DNA from: Chiloscyllium plagiosum
Lineage: Eukaryota
Reading direction: 5' to 3'
DNA length: 64,000 nt
NCBI RefSeq assembly: GCF_004010195.1
Contig: NC_057718.1
Span: forward strand, 28,332,377 to 28,396,376
Shown: piece by piece, positions 1 through 12,479 of the stretch
How positions within the stretch are numbered: the stretch's first letter is position 1
How the letters are laid out: each line of letters begins with the position of its first letter
The notes under the pieces: model-generated
The model's database searches: none
What the model was told of the DNA's origin: nothing
What the model saw: only the letters and a program-made list of their open reading frames with translations
Translations under genes and position numbers: made by a program

Positions 1-1140
1 TCTACCTCCCAACACAATCTCCACTCTACCTCCTATTGCACTCACTCTACCTCCTATCACAGTCTCCACTCTATCTCCTATCACACTCCCCACTCTACCT
101 CCTATCACACTCTCCACTCTATCTCCTATCACACACTCCACTTTACCTCCTATCACACTCTCCACTCTACCTCCCAACACTCTCTCCACTCTACCTGCTA
201 TCGCACTTTCCACTCTTCCACCTGTCAAACTCTCCACTCTTCCACCGATCACACTCTCCACTCTACCACCTATCACACTCTCTTCTCTACCTCCTATCAC
301 ACTCTCTACTCTCCCTCCTCTCAGAGCCTTCATTCTACCTCATTTCACACTCTCCTCTCTCCCTCCTATCTCACTCTCCACTCTACCTGCTATCGCACTC
401 TCCACTCTCCCTCCTATCGCACACTCCACTCTCCCTCCTATCTCACTCTCCACTCTACCTCCTATCACACTCTCCACTCTACTTCCTAACACACTGTCCA
501 CTCTATCTCCTATCACACTTTCCAGTTTACCTCCTATCACACTCTCCACTCGACATCCTATCACACTCTCCATTCTACCTCCTATCTCACTGTCCACTCT
601 ACCTCCTATCGCATTCTCCACTATACCTCCTATCGCACTCTCCATTCTACCACCTATCGCACTCTCCACTCTATCTCCTATCACACTATCTATTCTGCAT
701 CCTTTCACCCACCCCACTCTATCTCCGATCTCACTCTCCACTCTACCTCCTATCACACTCTCCACTCTACCTCCTATCACACTGTCCACTCAATCTCCTG
801 TCACACTCTCCTCTCTACCTCCTATCGCACTTTCCACTCTACCTCCTATCACACTCTCCATTCTACCTCCTATCACAATCGCCACTCTATCTCCTATCAC
901 ACTCTCCACTCTACCTCCTATCACACTCTCCACTCTACCTCCTATCCCACTCTCTCCATTCTACCTCCCAACACAATCTCCACTCTACCTCCTATCGCAC
1001 TCACTCTACCTCCTATCACACTCTCCACTCTACCTCCTATCACACTCTCCACTCTATCTCCTATCACACTCTGCACTCTCCCTCCTATCACACTCTGCAC
1101 TCTCCCTCCTATCACACTCTGCACTCTCCCTCCTATCAAG
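1..1140. repeat. 24-bp minisatellite (consensus ~CTCCACTCTACCTCCTATCACACT), running off the left edge
   Basis: Dozens of degenerate tandem copies seen directly; strongly C/T-rich on +; explains the LLSHSPLY and ESVIGGRV repeat ORFs. Confidence 0.95.
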
Positions 1141-1518
1141 CCTAGTCAGGTGAAAGTGAAGAGCTTTGCTTCCTTCCCGCCAGGCATTAGACATATCAAC
1201 CGTCCATTCAACAGCTAACAGATGCTCCTTTCTGCAGGGAACCCAGCTTTGTTAAATGCAACTGGTCTCATCTCTCTTCACCCTCAATTAGGAGGACTGA
1301 CAAGTCACCAGTTCTGAAGATCAAGACCCTGTACTTCAGACCTGTGGAAAAGGAGCTGGTTGCAGGACTATAGGGAAGGATTTGGGTGTACTGGATGGAA
1401 ATTAATGGCCTCATTTGGTTCTTCATGATTTTAAATGACTTTCAATTACTTTTGAACAAGTTTTAACTAAATATAACTTCTTCAAATGGATTTCAGTTGC
1501 AGTCAATCGTCACCTTTT

Positions 1519-1892
1519 TGAGGTTTATAAAATCATGACGGGCATGGATTGGATAAATACACAAAGTGTCTTCTTTGGGGTGGGGAAGTCCTGAACCAGA
1601 GGGCATCCGTTTAGGGTGAGAGGGGAAAGATATAAAAGAGACCTAAAGGACAACATTTTCACATAGAGGGTGGTACATGTATGGAATGAGCTGCCAGATG
1701 ATGTGGTGGAGGCTAGTATGATTGCAACATTTAAGAGGCATTTGGATGGATATATGAATAGGAAGGGTTTGGGGGAATTTGGGCTGGGTGCTGGCCGGTG
1801 GAACTAAATTGGGTTGGGATATCTGGTCGGCATGGACGGGTTGAACCAAAGGGTCTGTTTCCATGCTGTACATCTCTATGAATCTATGACTG
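1519..1892 (+). mobile_element. CR1 LINE 3' end (5'-truncated)
   Basis: ORF2 C-terminal DNA (GAGGTTTATAAAATCATG...TGGAATGAGCTGCCAG) and tail CTCTATGAATCTATGA; very similar to 41900-42262 and 58208-58342. Confidence 0.85.
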
Positions 1893-2424
1893 TAATACCT
1901 AAGTCACACTCGGAATGTTGGTTTGGATATTCAGAGATGTGCTCGCCATTTTTCCACCATCAAAACCAGTGACATTCCCATCTCTGGTCTCCGGGAGCCT
2001 GGAGAGAATAATATCCCTCATTGGCAGATGGGGGCCACGGCACTGGGGTTCCTGATCCTGATTAAATTGATGCACCTCACTCAATAGGTCAGAAGTCCTG
2101 CTGCTTGGAGCTGCCAGTCATGTCAGAGACTGGCATTACTGGTAATGCCACTAGCTGCTGCTGGTGACAAGCTTCACCTTTTCAGAGATCATCAATAGAT
2201 CCCTGATAAGAAAAAGGTGAGTGTGGTACCAGGGATTGCAGGGAGTTGGTGGGAAGAAAGAACAGAAGAGTGGCCCCACCCCCAGCACTAGTCCCGCTTC
2301 CTGATGCCTTGTCACTCAATGAGGCACTGAGTGTCTCTGAACAAGGCCCATCACCCCTCTTTGTGCCACCCACCATCGGTAATTGTAACCCTATCACAAG
2401 CACTCAAATACCGGAGCAGGGATG

Positions 2425-2990
2425 TCTTGCTGCAATTGTACACGGTCATGGTGAGACCAGACCTGGAGTATTTTATGCAGTTTTAGTCACCTTATTTGAA
2501 GAGAGGTGTTCTTGTGATAGAAGGAGTGCAGCGGAGGTTTACTAGACTGATTCCTGAGGTGGCTGTCATGATAAAGAGACATTGAATTTGTTAGGATCAC
2601 ATTCGCTGGAGTTTGAAAGATTGAGAGGGAATCACAGGACTAAACATGGTGGATGGAGGAACTATATTGCTGATGGCGGGGAGAGTCCTGAACCAGTGAT
2701 CACAGTCCAAGGATAATGAGTAAACGGCTTATGACTGAGCTGAGATGAAATTTCTTCACCCAGCGAGTGGATAGCCTATGGAATTCACTACTGCAGAAAG
2801 CAGTCAAGGCCAAAACATTGTGTGATTTCAGGAAGGAATTGGATATAGGTCTTGGGGAAAACGAATCAAGGAATATGGGGAAAAATCAGGATCAGGCTAT
2901 TGAGTCAGATGATCAGTCTGGTCATAATGGCAGGGCAGGGCAGGATTAAAGGGCTGAATAGCCTACCCCTGCTCTTATGTTCTATGAAGC
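2425..2990 (+). mobile_element. Old CR1 LINE 3' fragment
   Basis: Decayed RPxLEY / VQRRFTR / FFTQRV...WNSL motifs; tail CTTATGTTCTATG. Confidence 0.75.
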
Positions 2991-3040
2991 CTGAATGTAT
3001 TTGGATGTTGCTGCACTTAATCACACATTGTATTGGCAGG

Positions 3041-3073
3041 CCCTAACCCTGACCCTAATCCTAACCCTAACCC
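3041..3073. repeat. Short interstitial telomere-like repeat (CCCTAA)x5.5
   Basis: CCCTAA CCCTGA CCCTAA TCCTAA CCCTAA CCC. Confidence 0.8.
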
Positions 3074-4320
3074 ATTGCTGCCTTGTAAACAATGATCCAA
3101 ACAAAGGTCGCCACTTAGTTTTGGGCCACTGAATGTCCTGTAAAGCTTCCAAAGTGATTGCAGTGTTGTCCTTCTGGAGGCTGGCTATGTCTTCACAGCG
3201 TTCCACAAAATCATCCCATTGACAGAAACACATTGACATTTTGAAGCACCAATGAAAAAGAAACAGAGAAGGTAATAAACAGCAAACTATTTTTCTCATT
3301 TCATTGAACAAATGCTCCTCCTCCCCCAGCTTCCAAGTCACGAGAAACTCAACCACTGAACTGTATTCTGCTAAACATAGACTCCTGTCTAACAGAAGCA
3401 TTGTTCAATCTTCCTTGCTCAGACAGATTACAAATAGCAATTTAGTGAATGACACCCTTAATTGTACCCACTGCTGCAACTTTAAAACAATTCCATGTTC
3501 TGTGGCTTTACAAATGACAGCAACCATTCACTACTATGTGTCACCTGGGGCTTGTAGCAAGTAATGAGGGATGAGTGTTTTGGACAACACTGTTCTGGGT
3601 GTATCATTGATATCTTAAAGTCTCAAAAACAGAAAAGTAGCTGCTTAACTGCTACAACAAGTTTTGAAGTATCAATTGTGTTGACTTGAATGCCTGGTGG
3701 GATCATGCTGTGCCCTAGATTTAGACAAGCAAAGTGTTCACACATCACCGCTTGGAAAGATTTGAACTCCTGAACCTCCTTTCATTTCCAGGCTCCAAAT
3801 CTCATCCAACCCTAGCAGAAAATGTTGTCTGGTCAGGAAGTGGGAGGGACAATTCAAGGCAATAGGAGATTATCCTTAGGGAACAGCACCTGATGGTGAC
3901 TGAGGATTATAATTCATATGTTTGGTATAAAAAGATGTACATTTTCATAATGCCTAAAGACAGAAGACCACCTCAGAGTACCTAACAGAAGGGCACAGAC
4001 TGAGGTCTGCATCTGCAAACTCACACACAGTTAAGAAGATGAGTTCCTGCAAGGTGTTAGTAGAAGGGGAAAAGATTAAAATATATTTAGGGAGATATTT
4101 CCAAAGGGCAGTGGCTGAAAACTCAACAATGGGGGTGTCATAATGCAATGTGGAGGTGGAGTGCAGACTAAGACATTTATGTGCAGATCACCCAGATGAA
4201 GCAGCCTAAAAATAGGGAGAGATTTGAAAATAAAGATTATGATCTTGATATTGATTCACTGGTGGACAAGAAAATTAAGATATTTTACGTCAACAAGCGT
4301 GTTGGATAGATGGAATAGAT

Positions 4321-4508
4321 TTGAAAATGTGGTGCTGGAAAAATACAGCAGGTCAGGCATCATCCGAGGAGCAGGAGAGTCGATGTTTTGGGCATAAAGC
4401 CCTTCATCAGAAAATCCTCCTCCACACGTGCTGCCTGACCTGCTGTGCTTTTCCAGTGCCACACTTTTCGACTCTGATCTCCAGCATCTGCAGTCCTCAC
4501 TTTCTCCT
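4321..4508. mobile_element. Short PLE terminal (pLTR-like) insert with partial inverted repeat
   Basis: GCTGGAAAAATACAGCAGGTCAGGCA ... TGCCTGACCTGCTGTGCTTTTCCAG arms; decayed hammerhead motif on - (CTGATGAAGGGCTTTATGCCCAAAACATC). Confidence 0.75.
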
Positions 4509-5362
4509 TGATAGAATAGAAGTGTGCCTAAAGAATTCTTAGTTGAGTGAAATTTATGAAGGATAGGAAGGTGATGACGATTGAGAAGAAGATTAGTAAA
4601 ACCTGGAATTGATGAGAAGCCAATGGGGAGAGATGCAAATCCAAAATGGCAGTTGACCAGATCTAGGGGTCGGAAGGACAGCTGAAGGTTGAGCAGAATG
4701 CTGAGGTTTTATACCATCTGGTCATTTTAATGGGTTGCCAGGAAAATTAATGCACTGCATCTACTGCCAGGTTGTTGGAATCAAAACCCATTCAGTTTTT
4801 CTGATTCTCAAGACAAATAAAATTGCTGAAATTTCACAGATACTGTTGAGGGGGCAGAGGTGCAGTGGGGAGTGCCATTTTCTGCTGACCTTCTTGTCCT
4901 GTCACTGGCCTAATCCCAAATCACATGGATGGAGTTATTTGATATTTGACATAATATATGGTGCTCATATCAGGGACCGAGATGCCCACTGCACCAGGGA
5001 GATGGGATTCTGAATTGCATCCTGCACAGCTGAAGAAACTTGAGGAGAATTGGATCACTGTAGCTGACCATTGCCGGTTCCTCACTACCTCATTCCATTT
5101 TCAGAATCTTATGTTCGTGGTGATTTGCTTCAGATAATGTGTTTGCTCACATATGTGCAGAAGCACTTTGTAATCAGATACAAATGAAGGCAAGTGCCCT
5201 CATGCTGGGTGCTTACTCAGATCCCAGGCAGCACTGAGCAAACCAGACAGTGTCTAGCTATCAAAGATCAGTAAGAGGATGGGCCTGAGCAATAGCGGAG
5301 AGGATTTCCAGAGATTAACCAGAAGAGATCCAGTCTTTATCTTGCAATTCCACATACATTTA

Positions 5363-5875
5363 CATAGAAACTAGGAGCAGGAGTAGGCCATTCAGCCCTT
5401 TGAGCCTGATCTGCCTTCAGTCTGATCATGGCTGATCCTCTATCTCAATGCTATACTCCCATTTTCCCTCCATTTCTCTTGATGTCTTTGACGATTAATT
5501 AATTTATTTTTTTAATAAGCTCAGAGACTCGGCAATCGCAGCATTCTGTGGTTGCAAATTCTACAGGTAGACCACTGTCTGAGTGAAGAAATAGTTCCTT
5601 ATCTCAGTCCTAAATGGCCTAGCCCGCATCATGTGACTGTGACTCCTGATTCTAGACTCTCCAAACAGGAAAAATATCCTCTCTGAATCTACTCTGCCTG
5701 GCCCTGTTTGAATTTTACATGCTTTAATCAGATCTCCTCTCCAGTGAACAGCAATGAATACAGGCCAGTCAATCCAATCTTTCCTCACAGGACTGTCCTG
5801 TCATTCCTGGCACCAGCCCAGTGAACCTTCACCTCATTCCCTCTACGTCAACCATATCTTTTAGGTAGGGAGACC
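5363..5875 (-). mobile_element. CR1 LINE 3' fragment
   Basis: ORF 5561..5788 (RGDLI...FFTQTVV) matches the CR1 ORF2 C-terminus; typical 3' UTR reverse complement GGAGCAGGAGTAGGCCATTCAGCCC. Confidence 0.8.
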
Positions 5876-6439
5876 ATAACAATGCCATGTCTAGTTTTAC
5901 TGAGGGGATCCTCATAGAATAGTCCATTCACACATGGTGTTCGAGTGTAAACTGGACTTATTTCAACCACTTCATAATGGTGGCTGGAGCTCTCTAAATA
6001 CAGGACCCTGGAAAATGGGACTACTTCCTGACTCATGGGTTGCCCTGGCCTAGAACATCACTATGATGACAGTAATTGTGGTGATAGGATTGTAGGTCAG
6101 TGAGCAGTGCGTCTCATTCTTCTGGGATACAACTGGCAAGAGACTGAAAATTCCAGCCTACAATTTGTGATTGACCATGAGCCATTTTGCCTGATCTCTG
6201 GTTTGAAGAGAAAAATCCTGCTCACAGGCTGTGAGATTTGAAAACTATACGTATAAATGTAACTTCAAACTAATTACCTGAACTTTTTTTGGTGTTGATT
6301 TTTCATCTAAGTCAAATGGCTCACACCATTGTGCAGCAGTTCCCAAGGTCCCTTTGTTAAAAGCTTAGTATACATTCACTTTACATGTAGCAAACCAAAC
6401 CTCTGATGCCAGGTTACAATTTCAGACAACCCTATCATA

Positions 6440-6810
6440 AAAACTTAAGAACGAGGAGCAGGAGTAGGCAATTCAGCTCCTTGAGCCTGCTCAGCCATTC
6501 AATGTGATCATGGCTGATCTCATCTCGGCTTCAACACTACTTTCCTGCCTACTCTACATAGCCCGACAACCTGTTGCTAATTAAAAATCTGTCTTTCTCC
6601 ACCTTAAATTTACTCAATGTCCCAGCATCCCCCACACTCTGGGGTAGTGCATTCCACAGATTCACAACTAAAACTATGACCTCTTGTTCTAGACTGATCC
6701 ACAAGAGGAAACATCTTCTCTATGTCTACTTTGTCAATCTCCTTTACCATCTTATATACCTCAATTACATCTCCTCTTATTCCTCTAAACTCTACAGTAT
6801 TAGGATGGTC
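6440..6810 (-). mobile_element. CR1 LINE 3' fragment
   Basis: Same 3' UTR motif (GGAGCAGGAGTAGGC...GATCATGGCTGATCT) plus decayed ORF2 end. Confidence 0.75.
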
Positions 6811-6904
6811 TAAACTGCATCCTGTTGCCTTTCCCTCACTTCCATTGAGCTGTTTGCTCCCAAACAGATAAAGTATGACCCAACCAAATTGCTACAGTTG
6901 GTAG

Positions 6905-7020
6905 TGGCGGCACAGTGGCTCACAGTGCCAGGGACCCAGGTTCAATTCCACCCTTAGGTGATTGTCAGTGTGGGCTTGATTGGCCGAACGGCCTGCTTCC
7001 ACACTATAGGGATTCTACAT
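6905..7020 (+). mobile_element. HE1-like SINE, internally deleted
   Basis: tRNA-like head GGCGGCACAGTGGCTC...GGGTTCAATTCC joined to CR1-type tail GGCCGAACGGCCTGCTTCCACACT. Confidence 0.65.
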
Positions 7021-7928
7021 TTCTAGCATTTGCACTGATATATTCCAAAAATGTATGGTTATAACTATGGCAGTTTACCTTGTGACAACTCATTGCTTTT
7101 TGCTGTTTACAGGGCTGGTTGCCAGTCTAAGTGCTCTGTGAATGATGGTTTCATCTTTGTGAACTGTAGACCATTAATCCAGTTGTGGATTTCAGATGAC
7201 ATGCATCAAAGAAATGTAATATTTGAGTATTGTCATTTTCTGCTAACTCTGAAATTGGATTGATGCCTTTAGAGTCACACTTTGGGTTCCAGCATTAATT
7301 ATACCATAGGTACAGCATGTATCTGGATATTTATGAAGACGACTTGAGACTTTTTATTTCATCTCAGCGAGTAGCCTGAACTAAAAACACTCTCAGTGGG
7401 TAGCTCACTGATTGAGAAAGTGTGAAATAAGACATTGTGGTTGCTATGATAAAAGGCAGCCTGCAACCCCTTTGAAGAGAGTTACATTGTCAGTGGGAAA
7501 AAGCAGGGAATGTGCAACACTGGGCAGACAAAGGGGCAGACCAAGTCCCAACCCTTGGCTCTATAACCCCAATATGAGCAATAACTGAGAAGCTGAATTC
7601 ACAAACGTGAAAGAGGACACTGAACAGGCAGAATGGCTCATACGTGTAAGAAAACATTAGAAGATAATTTGATGAAGTAGTGCAAAGATAAGGAGTAGAA
7701 AGTATTGCCAATTTTTAATATATAGTTAATGATGTTTGACTCTATTTAACAGTTGTTATGAACCCAGACCAGACTGCTAACATTAGCTCCTGGATGAGCC
7801 CACAGAATTATGTGACGATCTGGTTAGAGACCAATAAACTTTATTTTTAAACTATACAAAAGGTAAGATTCAGGCGATTACTAAGAGAATAAAGCCACAA
7901 GTTTCCAAAGTTTGGAACATAATTTATT

Positions 7929-8120
7929 AGAGCTGAAAATGAGTTGCTGTAAAAGCGCAGCCAGTCAGGCAGCATCCTAAGAACAGGAGAATCGAGGTTT
8001 CGGGCATGAGCCCTTCTTCAGGAATCCTGATTCCTGAAGAAGGGCTCGTGCCCGAAACATTGATTCTCCTGCTCCTTGGATGCTGCCTGACCTGCATCTG
8101 CAGTCCTCACTTTCTCCTCC
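7929..8120. mobile_element. Palindromic PLE terminal insert with two back-to-back hammerhead-like motifs
   Basis: Inverted arms around 8021-8034; flanked by AACATAATTTATT (7916-7928) and AACATAATTTGTT (8121-8133), a 13-bp TSD with 1 mismatch. Confidence 0.85.
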
Positions 8121-8713
8121 AACATAATTTGTTTTACAAGTTAGAAGAGTAATGAAATTTACAATACATGTACAACTTACTTCTAACACCCAGTATGAAT
8201 GTTGTAAACAAGGTAATGGACTGTGGTTGAATACCCTGCAGTGCATGTTAAATAGAAAATTGAAGATTTTGCAGCACTTCCCTCTAATTAAATCTCATTA
8301 AATTTCTCAAGGATTTACAATCTTCTCTTTTATCCATATTCCTTAAAACTCCCTTTCGAGAACTTGCAATTTGGTACTTACTCACTGGCATAACCCTTCG
8401 GTAACTGCAGTTTTCACCAACCATTAGATTTAATCTTGCACAATTGTAAGATGCAAAGACTACTTGACCTTTTGATCCTCATTCTTTCTCATTGCACTGA
8501 GGTTTAAAGCTCACAGTCTTCTTCCAAGCCTCCTGTAGCTTCCACCAAGATAGAGTCAGTGACCGTGCTACCTTTGCAGCTCTGCAAGACATCTAACTCC
8601 TGACTCCAAGGAGCTAGCCAATTGCTCTTGACTTCTTCCCAGCAGGACAGCTAAAAATCAGCTCTCCAAACAGATAGCAGTAGGCACATTTTAAAAGCTG
8701 TTCATCTCAAACA

Positions 8714-8929
8714 TCATTTGGAGGTGCCAGTGTTGGACTGGAGTGTACAAAGTTAAAAATCACACAACACCAGGTTATAGTCCAACAGGTTTATTTGGAA
8801 GCACTAGCTGTTGGAGTGCTGCCCCTGATGAAGGAGCAGCTGATGAAGCAGTGCGCTCCAAAAGCTAATACTTCCAAATAAACCTGTCGGACTATAACCT
8901 AGTATTGTGTGATGTTTAACTTTGTACAC
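8714..8929. mobile_element. Palindromic PLE terminal insert, second family
   Basis: ~65-bp inverted arms GTGTACAAAGTTAAAAATCACACAACACCAGGTTATAGTCC / GGACTATAACCTAGTATTGTGTGATGTTTAACTTTGTACAC; central CTGATGAAGGAGC; probable TSD TCAAACAT. Confidence 0.75.
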
Positions 8930-9131
8930 TTCAAACATGTTTTCATCTTCTAAGAAACTGGCTAGTGTACGTCGATGAGACAAGTAAATGACTTAGTATA
9001 TTTTAAAGTCATGTTTCATGATTTAAATCAGTTTTAAAGAAATAGCTCTCAATGTTGGTAAGGCAAGGCATAGACATATATAATATTGTATTCTATGAAC
9101 AAATCTAGTATCAAAGATAGTTGTCTGGTTC

Positions 9132-9270
9132 CCTGCATTCCTGAAGAAGGGCTTATGCCCGAAACGTCGATTCTCCTGTTCCTTGGATGCTACCTGACCT
9201 GCTGCGCTTTTCCAGCAACACATTTTCAGCTCTGATCTCCAGCATCTGCAGTCCTCACTTTCTCCTCCCT
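9132..9270 (+). mobile_element. PLE terminal insert
   Basis: Same family as 4321 and 7929: GATGCTACCTGACCTGCTGCGCTTTTCCAGC...GCAGTCCTCACTTTCTCC. Confidence 0.8.
9137..9172 (+). ncRNA. Minimal type I hammerhead ribozyme motif (PLE-associated)
   Basis: CTGAAGA (9141-9147) + A + stem II GGGC-TTAT-GCCC + GAAACGTC (9161-9168); palindromic ACGT in place of stem III; stem I weak. Confidence 0.65.
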
Positions 9271-11104
9271 ACTTCACCAACTGGTTTCCAACTGATTTAA
9301 CAGTAACCTGACAGAGTTGTATTAGTACATCCATATGTCCTTAACCGTAATAATATCATTTGCATACCGTAAACAGATGCCCGTCTGTATAACTCAAATC
9401 TTTATGACTTCCAAACAATATTTCAAAACAAGTCACGGGAAAGAGACAAAAAAAGATTTTTCAGATTTTCAATCCCACAATATAATGCCAGCCATTCCTC
9501 TTCGAGGACTTTGAATAATCTCATTGTGTGTGCATTCCTTCTTGTAAAGCAATCCGACAGCTGATGACTTAAATGAACCAATTTTAGTTTAGAGGTCACT
9601 TTGCTTGCTAGTCCCACAATTATGATAACAAGATCAATCTTGAATCTTCTTTCAGTCACATTTTTGTCATCACTCAAGAAATAATGATGTAAAATCACTT
9701 ATTGGACAAACTATTTGTAAAATGCCCCCTTGTATAGAATTTTGCCTAAAATATTTGACAAGTAGCACCCCACACCAATTGCTTATAGATGAGCCTGTGT
9801 TTCTCCAGCTAAAATACTTTGAAGCACCCATTTCATTTTGCAGCTTCCCATGCCAAGGGACTGCCAAGAATATTATACGACTAGCAATGCTTGAATACCC
9901 ATCCAAAAGGTAGACATGGGTAACATATCTAAAAATGACCATTTTGTGTCCTTTGGGTCTACCAAGTCTGGAAACTTGAGTACACATTTTTCAGTATTCA
10001 ATATTTTAATTTTTTTTATCACAGTAATTAGTTCCAAAACATCAAAACCAGCATCTGATCTTGTCTAAATCCCCAGCCAATTAACTGACCGATCAAACTT
10101 CTGAACCACTCTGCTTCTTTTTCAGATGGTTCGTGACATTTCTGCGAGAACCTAATGTGATTGATTGGGATTTGATCTTTCTAGATAAGATCATTGATTC
10201 AAGGTTACGACAGATCTATTCTTAAATTTCCCCTTTAATCTTATTTATATCAATTTATCAAATTCCATAAAACCTCCCCTCACACACTATCCATAGAAAA
10301 CCATTAACATGAATCATAAGTTTCTCTTTGTGGTACCAGCAGATCTATGCTGGAAATGCTTTCAGTTGAGAATATCCTATATTCTGTAAGACAGATTCAA
10401 ACTAATACCATATCCTTAATGTACCATTCAATCCATAAATGAACTGCTTTAATCTCCATGCCTTCCTTTGTGTAAGACTTGCCTCTTTAGGCTGGCATAA
10501 TGTCACCAGGCAAGGATTTCGGAGGGTCAGGCTAAAATACTGGAGACAAGCCTTCACATTCCACCGAGGCAGCCAGTGGGATTTAGTGGGAGGGGTTGGT
10601 ATTGAGAACCTGGTCGATCAATGAGAGTAGATTGAGAGTCAGGCTTCCTCAAGGGTGGAACAAGATTCGGGTTACTAATGTACGGAGCAGGTTTGAGAGT
10701 CTGACTTGTGCCTTAGGAAAAATAACAATTAGCAGAGTCTTGAGAATTATTAGTTCATCTGCCTTCCCAGCAGTGAGTGACAGGGAGTATTTGGCCAGCC
10801 CATATGGGGGAATATTACCTGCAGTAACTGGCTAAGGATATAATTCCTGTTGCCAGAAAGTCAATTGAAATATTCAACAGTTGTTTTTAAGGGTCAATTT
10901 TCCAGGGCATCAGCAGATCAACCCTGCGCTGGGATTGAGCTGCCTTCCAGGAGCAGCATGCTGAAGAAGTTTTTTTATTTAAGGAGTGAACTGCAGGCAG
11001 GGAAAGTAAATCCTTATCTTCAGTAATGACTGGCAGGAGAGAAATAAGGAACTCATAATGATAAGCAATTGTAGCAGCGGCAAAGCCTGTATCAGCTGGC
11101 TGAA

Positions 11105-11352
11105 GGAATGAGTGGCTGGCTTAATGAGTGAGTGGCTGGGTTAATGAGTCAGTGACTGATTGGGTGAGTAAATGGGTTAGTGAGCGAGTGAGTGAGTGAG
11201 TCAGTCAGTGATTGGGTGAGCAAGTGAGTGAGCGATTGGGTGAGTAGCTGAGTGAGTGAGTGAGTGACTGACTGATTGAGTGAATAGCTGGGTGAGCGAG
11301 TGAGAGAGTGAGTCAGTGAGTGAGTGAGTGAGTGAATAGCTGACTGGCTGAG
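11105..11352. repeat. Degenerate (GAGT)n microsatellite
   Basis: GTGAGTGAGTGAG runs; explains the THSL-repeat ORFs. Confidence 0.9.
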
Positions 11353-11871
11353 AGAATGATCCTGAGCAAGACATACAGCCAGCCTTCTCGTCCTGCTCTC
11401 CATCCTCAAAAACCCAAACAGGTTGGGAGATGAGAAACTGGCAGGCTGAAAGGCAATCCACTTCTAACCCCCACTTCCATGTGACTTCCCCAAAGACCAG
11501 CTCATAATGTGCCTGACCAGACATGAACTGAGGTTGTGGTTAATTAAACCCAAATACTTTGCTTGTCTGATCCTAGCCCCTTCCCTTTTGATCAGACCTT
11601 GGGGCCTGATCTTTTTAACTCACTTCTCCTTAACCAAAAAGACAAAATTAAAATATTTTATTAGCTAGTCATTAAACTAAATTCTTTAAAACTTCCAAGT
11701 CAATGAAACTCAAATGTCACTATCTGCTCTGGTGGGTTTTGAACCCATGTTCCCAGAGCATTAGCTGGGGTCTCTGGCTTACAAGTCCAGTGACAATATG
11801 ACAGTACATTCACTTCCCCTCTGTCCTGCTACTTCACACTTCTTAATCATAATTTTTATAAATTATTTATT

Positions 11872-12050
11872 TAAGTTGCCACCCAGGCTTATAGGGTCGT
11901 TAAGAAGGCATATGGTGTATTAGCTTTTATTGGAGTCATGTTGCAGCTGCACAGAACTCTGGTGTGGCTTGGAGTTTTGCATACAGGTCTGGACACCACA
12001 TTATAGGAAGGATGTGGAAGCATTGGAAAAGGGTGCAGAGGAGATTTACA
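11872..12050 (+). mobile_element. CR1 ORF2 internal fragment
   Basis: KVATQ..RVVKKAYG..., W.PHYRKDVEALE motifs. Confidence 0.7.
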
Positions 12051-12479
12051 GAGGTCTTAGAGGAGCAGCTAAATTAACAGGATTCTGGGCAATCCAAGAT
12101 GGATGATGGGAAAAATTGTGGCTGTAAGAGCTGCTCCTTTTTTCAGGTATTTTAGGTGTTGGAGGTGATTTCCTCGAATTCCAGGAGGAGCAATTACTGT
12201 TTTATATGCTGTTGTATTGTTTTGGAGTTACAATCTCCCTAAATAAGGTGATTTTGGCAGTATTCAGGTCCTCAGTGAGAAACAAACTACACAGTATTAA
12301 AACTACACTTAAGTCATTCTTTCTCAACACAATTGTCTCAAATCACAGCTGCAGGCTAAGGTGACAGAGATGTAAACTTGTCTGAAACTGATGTCAGGAA
12401 GTAACTTTACATTATGAGTGAATAATATCTGCTATGACGATGTTGGGAGGCAGATAGAAATAAAAGAGATATTTAAGTC

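Larger units (their letters stand above)
7752..10520 (-). mobile_element. Very decayed Gypsy (possibly Gmr1-like) LTR retrotransposon remnant, interrupted by three PLE inserts
   Basis: TGTTA terminus at ~7752; on - faint integrase C-terminal (HVN) and RT (FLG..GFY) traces between 9420 and 10520. Confidence 0.35.

Noticed and set aside
1..1140. CRISPR-like array
   Set aside because: Units are contiguous with no unique spacers; eukaryotic context; no cas genes
36..1145. 369-aa ORF of LLSHSPLY repeats
   Set aside because: By-product of an in-frame 24-bp minisatellite; starts at TTG; no splice or domain evidence
4820..6160. Possible Harbinger-like non-autonomous DNA elements (also ~1900-2400, 10560-11580, 27690-28220, 36920-37440)
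   Set aside because: Look repeat-derived, but paired TIRs and TSDs could not be established by eye
11149..11524. THSL-repeat ORFs
   Set aside because: Translation of the (GAGT)n microsatellite
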